A DNA stretch of 64,000 bases from Acidimicrobiia bacterium (GTDB taxonomy: Bacteria; Actinomycetota; Acidimicrobiia; Acidimicrobiales; Aldehydirespiratoraceae), in the NCBI GenBank assembly GCA_022819505.1, contig JAJEHD010000017.1, forward strand, positions 1,516-65,515, given 5' to 3'. The notes beneath the pieces are model-generated. The model was not told the origin of the DNA and did not search any database. It worked only from the letters and a program-made list of their open reading frames with translations. The translations under genes and the position numbers were made by a program. Positions 1 to 8,935 of this stretch are shown in pieces. Each line of letters opens with the position of its first letter. Position 1 is the stretch's first letter.

Positions 1-2588
1 TCCTCGAAGCTCTGCAGGAGCGCCGGTTCCACGCCGCCACCAATGCGTTGAGGCCGCGCCACACCTACGGGACTTCGGGTCGGGTGCTGATCGGGGATGC
101 TGCCGGGCACTACCACCCGCTGACGGCGGTGGGGATGACCCTCGGCTTCGGTGATGCGTTCACGCTGGCTGACAGTGGCGACTTTCGCGACTTCGCCAGG
201 AAGCGGACCCAGCAGACCCGCGCGCCGGAGCTCCTCGCCATGGGGCTGTACGAGGTGTTCGCCGACCACAGGGCGGAGGCCGTCGCGCTCAGGCGCACGA
301 TCTACCGGCAGTGGCGCGAGAAGCCCGCAGTCCGCGACCGCACCATCCGGCTGCTCGCCTGTGAGGACACCTCGGTTGCCAGCCTGAGTTGGTCTCTCGG
401 GACGGTAGCGACACGGGCGGTCGCGCCGGAGATCACGCAGTCCTACAGGCTCTCGGCCTGGCGCCGCACACACCGCCTGGCGCACGCGCTGGCGGTTCGC
501 ATCTTCTCTCTCGGTCGTGGGATGCGACAGCTCCGTAAGGCGGGCGCCGTCGTTGCGAAGCAGGAACGGGCGCGGGAAGCCCTGTCCGGCGCGTTTCCGG
601 TCTCCATGCCGCGGCCCGGCACCGACGCGGGGCCCGGCCGCGTCGAGGAGCCCGACCCGCCCGATGCCTCCCCGGCGCTCAGGAGCGCGACCGCGCACCT
701 GTTGAGCCTTCAGCAAGGTGACGGCTCCTGGGAGGGCGAGGTGGTGTGGTGCCCCATGCTCACCGCGCAGTACGTGCTGCTGCACCACATCACACAGCAG
801 CCGCTCGCCCCGGACCGGCGCCAGCTCGTGCTGCGCTCCTTCGAGCACACCCGCCTCGAATCAGGCGCCTGGGGTCTGCACGAGCACTCGCCACCGCACC
901 TGTTCGTCACGACGCTGGTGTACGTCGCGGCGAGACTGCTGGGCGTCGGACGCAACGATCCGTTGATCGAGCCAGCCGGGCGGTTTCTTCGGGCAGAGGG
1001 GGTGCTCAACATCCCGACCTGGGGCAAGTTCTGGCTTGCTCTGGTCAATCTCCACGACTGGCGAGGCGTCAACCCCGTTCTGCCGGAGTTGTGGCGGCTG
1101 CCGCGCCGGGTTCCGCTGCATCCTTCGAACTGGTACTGCCACACCCGGCTCATCTACATGGCGATGGCGGCCATCTACCCGGTGCGGTTCCAAGCACCCG
1201 TCACGCCCGTGATCGCATCGTTGCGGGAGGAGTTGTTCGGCGAGGGTTTCGCCGACCTGGACTTCGCCGCGTCCCGCAACCGGCTGCGGGACGCCGACCT
1301 GTTCGCCCGCCCCGGCGTGTGCCTGCGCGCCGGGTACGGGCTGGCACGGTGGTACGAACAGTTCGGAAGCAAGCGCCTGCGGGCCCGCTGCACCGCCGAA
1401 CTCGTCGATCGCATCCGATGGGAGCTACGGACCACCGACCACACGAGCATCTCGCCGGTCAGCGGCCTTCTCAACATTCTCTGCCTATGGCTGCATGACC
1501 GCGACGACGCCGACTGCCGCAAAGCTCTGGCCCGGCTTGACGGCTGGATCTGGGAGGACGAGGAGGCCGGAACACGAGTCGCCGGGGCAAGGAGCGCTTC
1601 CTGGGACACCGGGTTCGCTCTGCAGGCGCTGGCGGCCGCGCCGGGGGTCGAGGGGGTCACGGGCGCGCGGCGGCGCGGTGCCGATTTCCTGCGCCGCCAG
1701 CAGATCGCTACCAGCTTCGAAGGGTTCCGCGAAGCCTTCCGGATGGACCCCGACGGCGGCTGGTGCTTCGCCGGGGCGTGGCACGGCTGGCCGGTGACGG
1801 ACTGCACCGCAGAGGCGGTGCGGGGCATGATCGCAGCCGATCCCGAGGCCGCGAGGTCGGAGACGCTCGGCGACGCCGTCCGCTTCATGCTGCGCGGCCA
1901 GAACCGCGACGGCGGCTTCGGCAGCTACGAGTCGCGCCGCTCGGCGGTCGGTCTCGAGTGGCTGAACCCCGCGGAGATGTTCGGCGAGTCGATGACCGAG
2001 CACTCCCATGTCGAGTGCACGGCGTCCTGCCTGGCCGCGTTCGCCGCTTGCCGGCGGCACTCGCCCGAGGTTCTGGGCGCGGAGGCCGCGAGCGCCGTCG
2101 GGCGGGCCGACTCGTGGCTGCGCCGGGCCCAGGAGCACGACGGGTCGTGGCGAGGCGTGTGGGGCGTTCAGTACATCTACGGCACCTTCTTCGGGATCAG
2201 GGGCCTGCTGGCCGCCGGGGCCGCTCCCGCCGATCCGGCGCTGAGGGCCGCCTGCCGTTGGCTGCTCGACCGCCAGCGGCCGGACGGCGGTTGGGGCGAG
2301 CACTACCGCGGCTGCCTGACCGGGCGCTACGTCGCCCACGACGCGAGTCAGGTCATCCACACCGCGTGGGCGCTGATCGCCCTCCTCGAGGCCGACGACC
2401 CGGACTGGGCCGCGATCGCCCGGGGTGCGCGGTTCCTGATCGACACCCAGGAGGCTGACGGGCAATGGCCCAAGCAGGACTCAGCCGGGGTGTTCTTCCG
2501 CACCGCGCTTCTCGACTACGTCCTGTACCGGCAGTACTTCCCGCTCCACGCCCTCGCCCTCTACGAGCAGCGCCGCCCGATCAGGTGA
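1..2588 (+). CDS. Squalene monooxygenase (C-terminal part) fused in frame to oxidosqualene cyclase; 5' end lies outside the window
   Basis: Frame 3 is open from nt 3 (LEALQERRFHAATNAL precedes the listed TTG at 48). The N-part has the squalene-epoxidase-type motif GDAAGHYHPLTAVGMTLGFGDA. The C-part has repeated QW-type motifs (DGSWEGE, DGGWCF, DGGFGSYE, DGSWRGVWG, DGGWGEH, DGQWP) and the OSC catalytic motif VTDCTAE. Confidence 0.8.
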   Translation, partial: LEALQERRFHAATNALRPRHTYGTSGRVLIGDAAGHYHPLTAVGMTLGFGDAFTLADSGDFRDFARKRTQQTRAPELLAMGLYEVFADHRAEAVALRRTIYRQWREKPAVRDRTIRLLACEDTSVASLSWSLGTVATRAVAPEITQSYRLSAWRRTHRLAHALAVRIFSLGRGMRQLRKAGAVVAKQERAREALSGAFPVSMPRPGTDAGPGRVEEPDPPDASPALRSATAHLLSLQQGDGSWEGEVVWCPMLTAQYVLLHHITQQPLAPDRRQLVLRSFEHTRLESGAWGLHEHSPPHLFVTTLVYVAARLLGVGRNDPLIEPAGRFLRAEGVLNIPTWGKFWLALVNLHDWRGVNPVLPELWRLPRRVPLHPSNWYCHTRLIYMAMAAIYPVRFQAPVTPVIASLREELFGEGFADLDFAASRNRLRDADLFARPGVCLRAGYGLARWYEQFGSKRLRARCTAELVDRIRWELRTTDHTSISPVSGLLNILCLWLHDRDDADCRKALARLDGWIWEDEEAGTRVAGARSASWDTGFALQALAAAPGVEGVTGARRRGADFLRRQQIATSFEGFREAFRMDPDGGWCFAGAWHGWPVTDCTAEAVRGMIAADPEAARSETLGDAVRFMLRGQNRDGGFGSYESRRSAVGLEWLNPAEMFGESMTEHSHVECTASCLAAFAACRRHSPEVLGAEAASAVGRADSWLRRAQEHDGSWRGVWGVQYIYGTFFGIRGLLAAGAAPADPALRAACRWLLDRQRPDGGWGEHYRGCLTGRYVAHDASQVIHTAWALIALLEADDPDWAAIARGARFLIDTQEADGQWPKQDSAGVFFRTALLDYVLYRQYFPLHALALYEQRRPIR

Positions 2589-3924
2589 GCGCGGTGGCCC
2601 GCCTGCGCGACACGAATGGAGGGTCGAGCACCGTGGCCCGCATGTCCATCGTCGGGAGTTCGCCGCCACCCCATTTGATGACGACTTCGGTTCCCGGCTC
2701 GGTCAAGTCCACGTTGATGCGGCCGAACGAGAACACTCGCCGCAGTGTCGGGCTGTAGCAGACGCTCGTCGCCCATCCGACCGGCTCACCGTCGTGGACG
2801 ATCGGGTGCGCTTCGGGGAACACGGGATGTGGCAGCTGTATTGGCGGCGGTGACAGCTCGTCCCTGAACTGCGCCGCGAACAGCTCGATCACGTCGTCGC
2901 TGTTCCATACCAGCCCCTTCATCCGCCGGGCCGGTCCCCCCGCGTCGATCTCCGCCTGCAGCGCGGCCTTGCCCATGAAGTCGTCGTCGCGGTCGAGTCC
3001 GATGAGATAGTCGAGGTTGAGTTCGAACGGTGAGCACAGGCTCATCTCCGGATCCATCTGGTTGCGGCGCAGGATGCCGGGATCACCCTCGAAAGCGCAC
3101 TGGTAGTCGAAGTGCAGCATCACCAGGCCGGCCTCGGCCCGGGTCAGCCTCGAGGTGTAGTTGCCGAGGAATCCGACCCCGTGCTGGCCGCCGACGTCGA
3201 CGAGGTGGGCGACCACGTCGTTGGTCCGGGCGGCCTCGACGTAGATCTCGTAGCCGACCTCACCGGTGAACCCCTGCCGCAGGATGTAGGACGGGATTCC
3301 GGCAATGTCGGTGGACTGCAGCCGTGAGAAACCGAGTTCCTCCATCGACCGCCCGACGGCGTCGTTCATCAGCGCGGTGGAGTTGGGCCCCTGGATCGAC
3401 AGGAGGCAGTAACGGGTGCGGATGTCCTCGATCAGCACGTCGAACTGGCCGAGCTCGACCACCTCCCGCAGCCAGCTCTCAATCTCGTCCGTCGTGATCA
3501 TGTACGAGTCCTCCGACACTCGCGTGATCAGTGGATCCTGGACGACCTTTCCGTCGTCACGCACCAGCACCGTGTACATCGACTGGCCGACTTCGATGTC
3601 GGCGAAGTCCTTCCTGGTCTGGATGAACCTCATGAACGGGTGTACATCCGGGCCCGACACGTTGAACTTGCAGATCGGGCTCCAGTCGCCGATCACCACA
3701 TTCTCACGGAGCTGGATCGCCTCCTGGTACCAGCCGACGTACTCGTCCACGATCAGGAAGGGGCCCCATTGCGTCCACCTCTGGGTCTTGCTGGCCAACT
3801 CCATCTGCCCGGCGCCGGGAACAAAGAACATGGGCCGCTCTGCCCCCAGGGGGAGGTCTGTCCTCAAGGACTGCCGGTACCGGTCCTGGTCGTAAGGCCC
3901 CTGGTAGCTGCCTGTCTCGAGCAT
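2581..3924 (-). CDS. GcvT/aminomethyltransferase-fold protein (tetrahydrofolate-dependent demethylase-like)
   Basis: 447-aa ORF with GcvT-like blocks (LLSIQGPNS, FTGEVGYEIYV). Size resembles DmdA/LigM-type enzymes. ATG at 3924 is preceded by AAGGTAGGGAAG. Substrate unknown. Confidence 0.55.
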   Translation of the reverse strand: MLETGSYQGPYDQDRYRQSLRTDLPLGAERPMFFVPGAGQMELASKTQRWTQWGPFLIVDEYVGWYQEAIQLRENVVIGDWSPICKFNVSGPDVHPFMRFIQTRKDFADIEVGQSMYTVLVRDDGKVVQDPLITRVSEDSYMITTDEIESWLREVVELGQFDVLIEDIRTRYCLLSIQGPNSTALMNDAVGRSMEELGFSRLQSTDIAGIPSYILRQGFTGEVGYEIYVEAARTNDVVAHLVDVGGQHGVGFLGNYTSRLTRAEAGLVMLHFDYQCAFEGDPGILRRNQMDPEMSLCSPFELNLDYLIGLDRDDDFMGKAALQAEIDAGGPARRMKGLVWNSDDVIELFAAQFRDELSPPPIQLPHPVFPEAHPIVHDGEPVGWATSVCYSPTLRRVFSFGRINVDLTEPGTEVVIKWGGGELPTMDMRATVLDPPFVSRRRATALT

Positions 3925-4035
3925 GGCTTCCCTACCTTGAGTAGCTGACTACTGAGAGTTCCGACGCTATACCGGTGGCGGCGCAGCAAGCCGATCGAGT
4001 CGAGTTCTTGGCTGCGGGGCTAGGAGGATCAGGGC

Positions 4036-5175
4036 ATGGACTTCGAGGTCGACCGTCGAGACTTTCGCCGCACGCGGATCGCTGCGGGCCGGAGGCCAGG
4101 GCTGAGCCCGGGCCAGATCCGGCTGGAGATCGAGCGGTTCGCGTTGACGACCAACAACGTGACCTACGCGGTGGTCGGCGACATGTTCGACTACTGGGGC
4201 TTCTTCCCCACCGAGGCGCCGTGGGGGCGGCTGCCGGTCATGGGGCTCGGCTCGGTGGTCGAGTCGGCCCACCCCGGCATCGCGGCCGAGGGCCGGCACT
4301 TCGGCTTCTACCCGATGTCGTCGGAGGTGGTGATCACCGCCGAGCCGCGCTCCGGAGCGGTCGGGGCCCGGCCCGACGGGGCCCGGTCAGGCGGCGAGGT
4401 CGCCTTCCGCGACGTCGGAGCGCATCGCGCACAGCACGCCGCGACCTACACCGACTTCCGCGACGTCGCCACCGACGCGACGTTCGACTTGGACAGGGTC
4501 GACGAGTACCTCCTTCTGTGGGGCATGTTCATGACCTCGTTCCTCGTCGACGACTACCTCGGCGACCCTGCCGCCCAGGGCGGGATGTTCCGCGGCGCCG
4601 GCCAGACGCTGGTCACCAGCGCATCCTCGAAGACGTCGATTTGCTTGGCCGCCTGCCTGGCCCTACGCGACGGCCATCACAGCATCGGTGTGACATCGCC
4701 GCGCAACCGGGCCTTCGTCGAGGGTCTCGGCCTGTACGACGAGGTGATCACCTACGGCGAGATCGACCGGACCGACGCCAGGGTCGCCTCGGGCCTGGTC
4801 GACATGGCCGGCAGCGGCCCGGTGCGGTCGGCGATCCACACGCACTTCGCCGACAACCTGAAGTTCTCCATCGCGGTCGGCGCCACCCACCGGGCGGACA
4901 TGGGCAGCGACGGCGACCTCCCAGGCACCCCGCCCGAGTTGTTCTTCGCGCCCGCACAGAGCGCCAAGCGTGCCAAGGACTGGGGACCCGACGAGTTGGC
5001 GAACCGGACCGCCCGGGCGTTCAACGACCTCCTGGACCAAACCGAGCGATGGCTGACCGTGGTGCACCGGACCGGCTCCGACGGCGTCGAGGCCACCTAC
5101 CGGGAACTGCTCGAGGGCCAAGCCGACCCGTCCATGGGCTACGTCTGCTCGATGAGCAAGGACGGCCTGTCCTGA
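4036..5175 (+). CDS. DUF2855 family protein (MDR-dehydrogenase-like)
   Basis: The N-terminus MDFEVDRRDF...FALTTNNVTYAVVGDMFDYWGFFP is the pattern I recognise for DUF2855. Strong SD (AGGAGG) lies 7 nt before the ATG. Confidence 0.65.
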   Translation: MDFEVDRRDFRRTRIAAGRRPGLSPGQIRLEIERFALTTNNVTYAVVGDMFDYWGFFPTEAPWGRLPVMGLGSVVESAHPGIAAEGRHFGFYPMSSEVVITAEPRSGAVGARPDGARSGGEVAFRDVGAHRAQHAATYTDFRDVATDATFDLDRVDEYLLLWGMFMTSFLVDDYLGDPAAQGGMFRGAGQTLVTSASSKTSICLAACLALRDGHHSIGVTSPRNRAFVEGLGLYDEVITYGEIDRTDARVASGLVDMAGSGPVRSAIHTHFADNLKFSIAVGATHRADMGSDGDLPGTPPELFFAPAQSAKRAKDWGPDELANRTARAFNDLLDQTERWLTVVHRTGSDGVEATYRELLEGQADPSMGYVCSMSKDGLS

Positions 5176-5241
5176 AGCCTGGACCGGCGCGCTCGCTGGG
5201 TAGCACCTAGGCATGGGAAGGCCCTGACCTGGGGTTTCGTT

Positions 5242-5284
5242 AGTCGGGCTGAGGAGATTTGAACTCCCGACCTTCGGTCCCCCA
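5242..5284 (-). repeat. att-type direct repeat: copy of tRNA-Pro from anticodon loop to 3' end (1 mismatch)
   Basis: gtcgggctgAggagatttgaactcccgaccttcggtcccccag matches 9701-9743 with one mismatch. No matching 5' acceptor, D arm or 5' strand of the anticodon stem follows. Confidence 0.85.
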
Positions 5285-5432
5285 GTTGCGCAAAGGCCGT
5301 TCCAGCCGGTACCAACGAGTACCGAAAATCCCATCTGACATGGGGTTTTGCAGATTCGGCTTCACAACCCGTACCTGCGAATAACCCCTAAAAACGGATC
5401 GTCCGTTAGAAGTTCCGTTAGAAGATTCGCCT
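5285..5432. repeat. Conserved element-end sequence (copy A), homologous to 8533-8667
   Basis: Shared blocks with copy B: ccggtacc.acgagtacc.aaaat, ccatctgac, gttttgcagattcggcttcaca, cgtccgttagaagattcg. Confidence 0.7.
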
Positions 5433-5476
5433 GCGGATGACGCTCCCGTCGTGGCCCGCACGCCGTTTGTCCGAGA

Positions 5477-5869
5477 CTAGGGCAACCGCGTCACGCGAAG
5501 TCGGATCCAGTCCGTGAGGTCATCCACTGAGAGGTCCCCGGAGGCAACCTGGACGACCGTCTTGAAGGCCTCCTCGACCGGTAACAGGTCCAGATCGTAC
5601 CCGTTCGCGTTCAAGAACTGAAGTGTGGCCAACACGGCGACGCGCTTGTTGCCGTCGATGAATGCGTGGTTGCGCGCAAGCCCGAACAGCAACGAAGCAG
5701 CCTTGGCCTCCACAGTTGGGTAGAACTCCTCACCGGCGAAGCCGGCACCCGGCCGTGCGACAGCCGAGTCTGCAAGTCCAAGATCTGTCACATGCATGAG
5801 CGCGTCCACCTCGAGCCCGAGAACCTCGCACGCGATGGCGAGCACGTCGTCGAGTTCAAGGTAGATCAC
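5477..5869 (-). CDS. doc: Doc (death-on-curing) Fic-fold toxin
   Basis: 130 aa with the Fic/Doc motif HAFIDGNKRVA. It starts 2 nt after the stop of the upstream RHH gene. Confidence 0.85.
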   Translation of the reverse strand: MIYLELDDVLAIACEVLGLEVDALMHVTDLGLADSAVARPGAGFAGEEFYPTVEAKAASLLFGLARNHAFIDGNKRVAVLATLQFLNANGYDLDLLPVEEAFKTVVQVASGDLSVDDLTDWIRLRVTRLP

Positions 5870-5870
5870 T

Positions 5871-6098
5871 TCAGCCGTCTGCGAGAATGCTCAGCAGCTC
5901 CTCATGGCGCCGAAGGTTGCGCTTCAGCATCGCTTGAAACTCCGGATCGCGGCGCCGGCGCTCGACATGCTCGGCCAGCGCATCTCGAATGACATCGCTC
6001 ACGGTGGTGTCCTCGACCTCCGCAATCGTCCGCACCCTCTCTGCGAGGTTCTCGTCAATACGCAATGTCATGCTCTTGGTATCTCCCTGCGGTGCCAT
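5871..6098 (-). CDS. Ribbon-helix-helix (CopG/Phd-like) antitoxin
   Basis: Start chosen at MAPQGDTKSMTLRIDENLAERVR (ATG 6098 preceded by AGGAGGG). The MTLRIDENL beta-strand start is typical of RHH. It is adjacent to doc. Confidence 0.75.
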   Translation of the reverse strand: MAPQGDTKSMTLRIDENLAERVRTIAEVEDTTVSDVIRDALAEHVERRRRDPEFQAMLKRNLRRHEELLSILADG

Positions 6099-6403
6099 CT
6101 GGCCCTCCTGTGGCGGTGTCCTGATCACAAGAATACACCTTGGTGGTGAGAATGCAAGATACCTAGATATCTGGCTCCCAGGCGCCAGCGGGCCAACGGG
6201 GGACGCGGGACGCGCTGCCTGCCACCTCGGTACGCCGATGCGGTCGAACACGGTGGTGCGGCAACCGCACGGTGGTGCATCTGCCCAGAGCCAGAAGAAT
6301 GAGCAAGATGCACAGAGCGAGGGCGCTCACGAGATCTTCCTCAAGTCTTCTGGAGGGACTTTGGTCATCCGAAGGCGCACGCGGAGGCGTCCGGGACGCC
6401 CCC

Positions 6404-6581
6404 CTCGAGGACTTCGACCTGCGGGACGTCACGCTGTTCCTGAGCGATTGGAGCGGTCCGATGGGTCTCGACTTCGCTCGTCGGAATCCGGGTCGAGTCA
6501 AGAGGCTCGTCATCGCCACCTGGTGCTGGCCGGTGAACCGCGACTCTCGCCTCTGGTTCGTCAGTCGGATGATGGCGAACC
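6404..6581 (+). pseudogene. Alpha/beta-hydrolase (haloalkane-dehalogenase-like) gene fragment
   Basis: Only an internal block is recognisable: LEDFDLRDVTLFLSDWSGPMGLDFARRNPGRVKRLVIATW (nucleophile-elbow region). No credible N- or C-terminal parts. Confidence 0.45.
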
Positions 6582-6691
6582 CGCCAAGGCAGTTTCGAAT
6601 CAGGCGGCGTCGCGGAACGAGGTTAACCCCGGTCGGTGGCGCCACAGACGCCGTTAGATCCGCCGATCCTCCGGGAACTCTTACATAAATC

Positions 6692-7723
6692 TCAGGTCCG
6701 AGGCGAGAACCGATCAGCTCTCCTCGTCTCCGGGCTGTGATCATCGTCAAAGAAACGGCCTTCAACAAAGTCCAAGAAATCAGGAACGTCACTCTGCTTC
6801 AGTTGTAGTTCGCCATCTACTACAAGGTGACCTAGTTTTCTTTGTTCAAGTGCCTTCAGAAACGCTGAACTATCTAAGTCAAGATCCGCCAACCGCCCGT
6901 AGACTAGATTGTGCAGTCTCCTTGCGTTCCTGGGACCACTGTTGCAAGCAATCCTGAGCGCATCAAGACTACCTGCTGTAAGGGGAATACACTCATTGAG
7001 TGCCGCGTCAACCGCGTCGACATTAGGGTCAACATGCTGCATCACGAGATCTACATCTCGGAATAGAACCTGGACCGAGCCATCCGAGATAATTGCGACA
7101 TCTTCGGGTCCAACTACAATATCAACCCTCTCATCTATGACAATGTCAGGCTGCTCCATGCGTTTCAGGGTGTCTCCGTATTGAAGATACCGCAGCCCCG
7201 GCTTCAAGGACCGCCTCGGATTGGCCTGGCGGATGAACCCCACGAAGGAGTTGCTTATGTGAAATGAAATAGCGTAAAGATTGAATCTTGAGACTTGACG
7301 AAGATCTGCAGCTGACAATACTGGGTGCTGATCGGTCTCGTCAATGATCCTTAGGGCTTCAGCCACGCCGAACAACTCATCTGGACCGTTTGCATCCGCC
7401 GAGAGCGAATCGTCACGCGTCAGCCCTCGCCTATTCTTCATCTTCATCGAGCGTGGTATCTCACCTCTCTCAAGCATGAAGTGCTCATCCTCTTCGAGTG
7501 CTCCGAACGGAGCGTAAGGACGTCCAGTAGATCGGCCCAAGAAATCTAGAGCGGAGAGCCCAATTTGCCGAAGATCTGCAAACAGGTCCTGATGGATCTC
7601 GATGTTGTAGCAGTCCATTAGCCCGGATGCCTTGCGATATCCGACGATAAACCTAGGATCACCCTCTAGGCTCGTTGCCGCCCACGTGTTGTTCATGGGT
7701 AATCTGTTCCTCCTTTCGAACAA
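6692..7723 (-). CDS. DUF4868-like protein, candidate KwaB of a Kiwa-type defence pair
   Basis: About 340-aa soluble protein directly downstream of, and overlapping, a 4-TM protein gene. The locus is AT-richer than its surroundings. The C-terminal pattern (DFLDFVEGRFFDD...) resembles what I recall of DUF4868. The start may be MNNTW at 7696. Confidence 0.5.
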   Translation of the reverse strand: MFERRNRLPMNNTWAATSLEGDPRFIVGYRKASGLMDCYNIEIHQDLFADLRQIGLSALDFLGRSTGRPYAPFGALEEDEHFMLERGEIPRSMKMKNRRGLTRDDSLSADANGPDELFGVAEALRIIDETDQHPVLSAADLRQVSRFNLYAISFHISNSFVGFIRQANPRRSLKPGLRYLQYGDTLKRMEQPDIVIDERVDIVVGPEDVAIISDGSVQVLFRDVDLVMQHVDPNVDAVDAALNECIPLTAGSLDALRIACNSGPRNARRLHNLVYGRLADLDLDSSAFLKALEQRKLGHLVVDGELQLKQSDVPDFLDFVEGRFFDDDHSPETRRADRFSPRT

Positions 7724-8354
7724 AGAACCTTCCGAACCTGACGACCGAAACCGATTGATCGGTTGCTAAGCGTGCCGTCCGTGGAACCAAGACTACAGCG
7801 ATTGGATCAATCTTGGTACTCGTTCTCGTGCGAGCGCGCACAACGCGGTATCCAAATGCGTAGAGAGTCGGATTGATCGCAGCGAGGTCGGACTGAACAA
7901 ATATCGCCCAAACCACGACGAAGAACACCAGTATTCCGAGAACTTCCTGGATCGTAGAGAGTTCGAAGCCAACAAACGGTAACAGAAAGGTCGCCAAGTA
8001 GGCCGCTATTGCTCCTGACTGATCTTGAATGTCATAGAATTCCATTTGGATACTGCCCTTGCGGAGAGCGCTGCGAGGGAGGCGCCAGGCATCGACCAGA
8101 CCCCAGGCCGCCCATGCAGCCGCCAACCAGAAGACGTACATTCTGATCTGGCACGACCGCCAGTCGCATGAGGTTTGGATTGCCAAGATCAGGGCTAGCG
8201 GTGCGAAGGCTACCAAGAACAGCCGGAACAACCGCAATAGTGCTGTCGCGTCCTGCCCGTTCATGCCGTCAAACGTACTCCCGCCGTGTGACAAGGTCCT
8301 CGTCCGCGCGAGATCAGAGTTCGTAGAGGTCGAGCGAACCGTCGTGGAGCCCAA
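7659..8354 (-). CDS. Four-TM membrane protein, candidate KwaA
   Basis: Four hydrophobic helices (LFRLFLVAFAPLALILAI, YVFWLAAAWAAWGLV, AIAAYLATFLLPFVGF, VLGILVFFVVVWAIFV). It precedes the DUF4868-like gene. The start is more likely MNGQD at 8264. Confidence 0.5.
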   Translation of the reverse strand: MGSTTVRSTSTNSDLARTRTLSHGGSTFDGMNGQDATALLRLFRLFLVAFAPLALILAIQTSCDWRSCQIRMYVFWLAAAWAAWGLVDAWRLPRSALRKGSIQMEFYDIQDQSGAIAAYLATFLLPFVGFELSTIQEVLGILVFFVVVWAIFVQSDLAAINPTLYAFGYRVVRARTRTSTKIDPIAVVLVPRTARLATDQSVSVVRFGRFFVRKEEQITHEQHVGGNEPRG

Positions 8355-8490
8355 GACGACGTTGGCCGCCGGGCCAGCGCCTCCCGGGCGACGGTCCTTA
8401 CGTGCTCACCGACAAGAGATGGGAGTTCTGGTGCCAACCGTTCTCAAGGAGATGTTCGTGCCACATGGCGACGTAGAGCCTACGCCTCTT

Positions 8491-8532
8491 GTCGTGGGTG
8501 GGAGGCTTCAACTCTCGACCTTCGGTCTCCAG
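8491..8532 (-). repeat. Degraded copy of the tRNA-Pro 3'-half att repeat
   Basis: gtcgtgggtgggaggcttcaactctcgaccttcggtctccag aligns to 9701-9743 with roughly three quarters identity. It is followed by the same conserved flank as copy A. Confidence 0.6.
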
Positions 8533-8667
8533 TTGCTGAAGGGCTATTGCACCCGGTACCGACGAGTACCAAAATGTCCATCTGACGTAGTGTTTTGCAG
8601 ATTCGGCTTCACATCTCGTAACTGTGGATACCCCCCATAACGAACCGTCCGTTAGAAGATTCGACCT
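8533..8667. repeat. Conserved element-end sequence (copy B)
   Basis: Homologous to 5285-5432. Contains tgtggata (8623-8630) and cgtccgttagaagattcg (8646-8663). Confidence 0.7.
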
Positions 8668-8755
8668 GTGGGTCGCACCGGGAGTCCGGTCGGTTGATGG
8701 CGGTCAACGACACTATTCTGGATGTGGCAAGGCGCTACCGGGAGGATCAACGGCC

Positions 8756-8935
8756 ATGACCACTGTGCCTATCGCCGACACCGGCCACGATCCGCTTGAG
8801 GAGCCGGTGACACTCGCCGAGCTGGACGCGAGCGTCGGGACCGGGCCCGATGTGCCCGAGCACGAGGTCGCCGTGCGCTACTACACGGATGAAGCGTTCC
8901 TGACGGCGATCCAACTGCGCCGCAACGGCCTCACC
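8756..8935 (+). pseudogene. Orphan 5' gene fragment (hypothetical), truncated at the junction with the IS fragment
   Basis: ATG at 8756 is preceded by GGGAGGA. MTTVPIADTGHDPLEEPVTLAELD... runs into the antisense of the truncated transposase gene. Confidence 0.2.

Noticed and set aside
5242-5340. Possible complete second tRNA-Pro gene.
   Set aside because: Only the anticodon-loop-to-3'-end portion is present. The sequence that should form the 5' acceptor, D arm and 5' strand of the anticodon stem is unrelated (ttgcgcaaaggccgttcc...), so this is an att-type partial duplicate.
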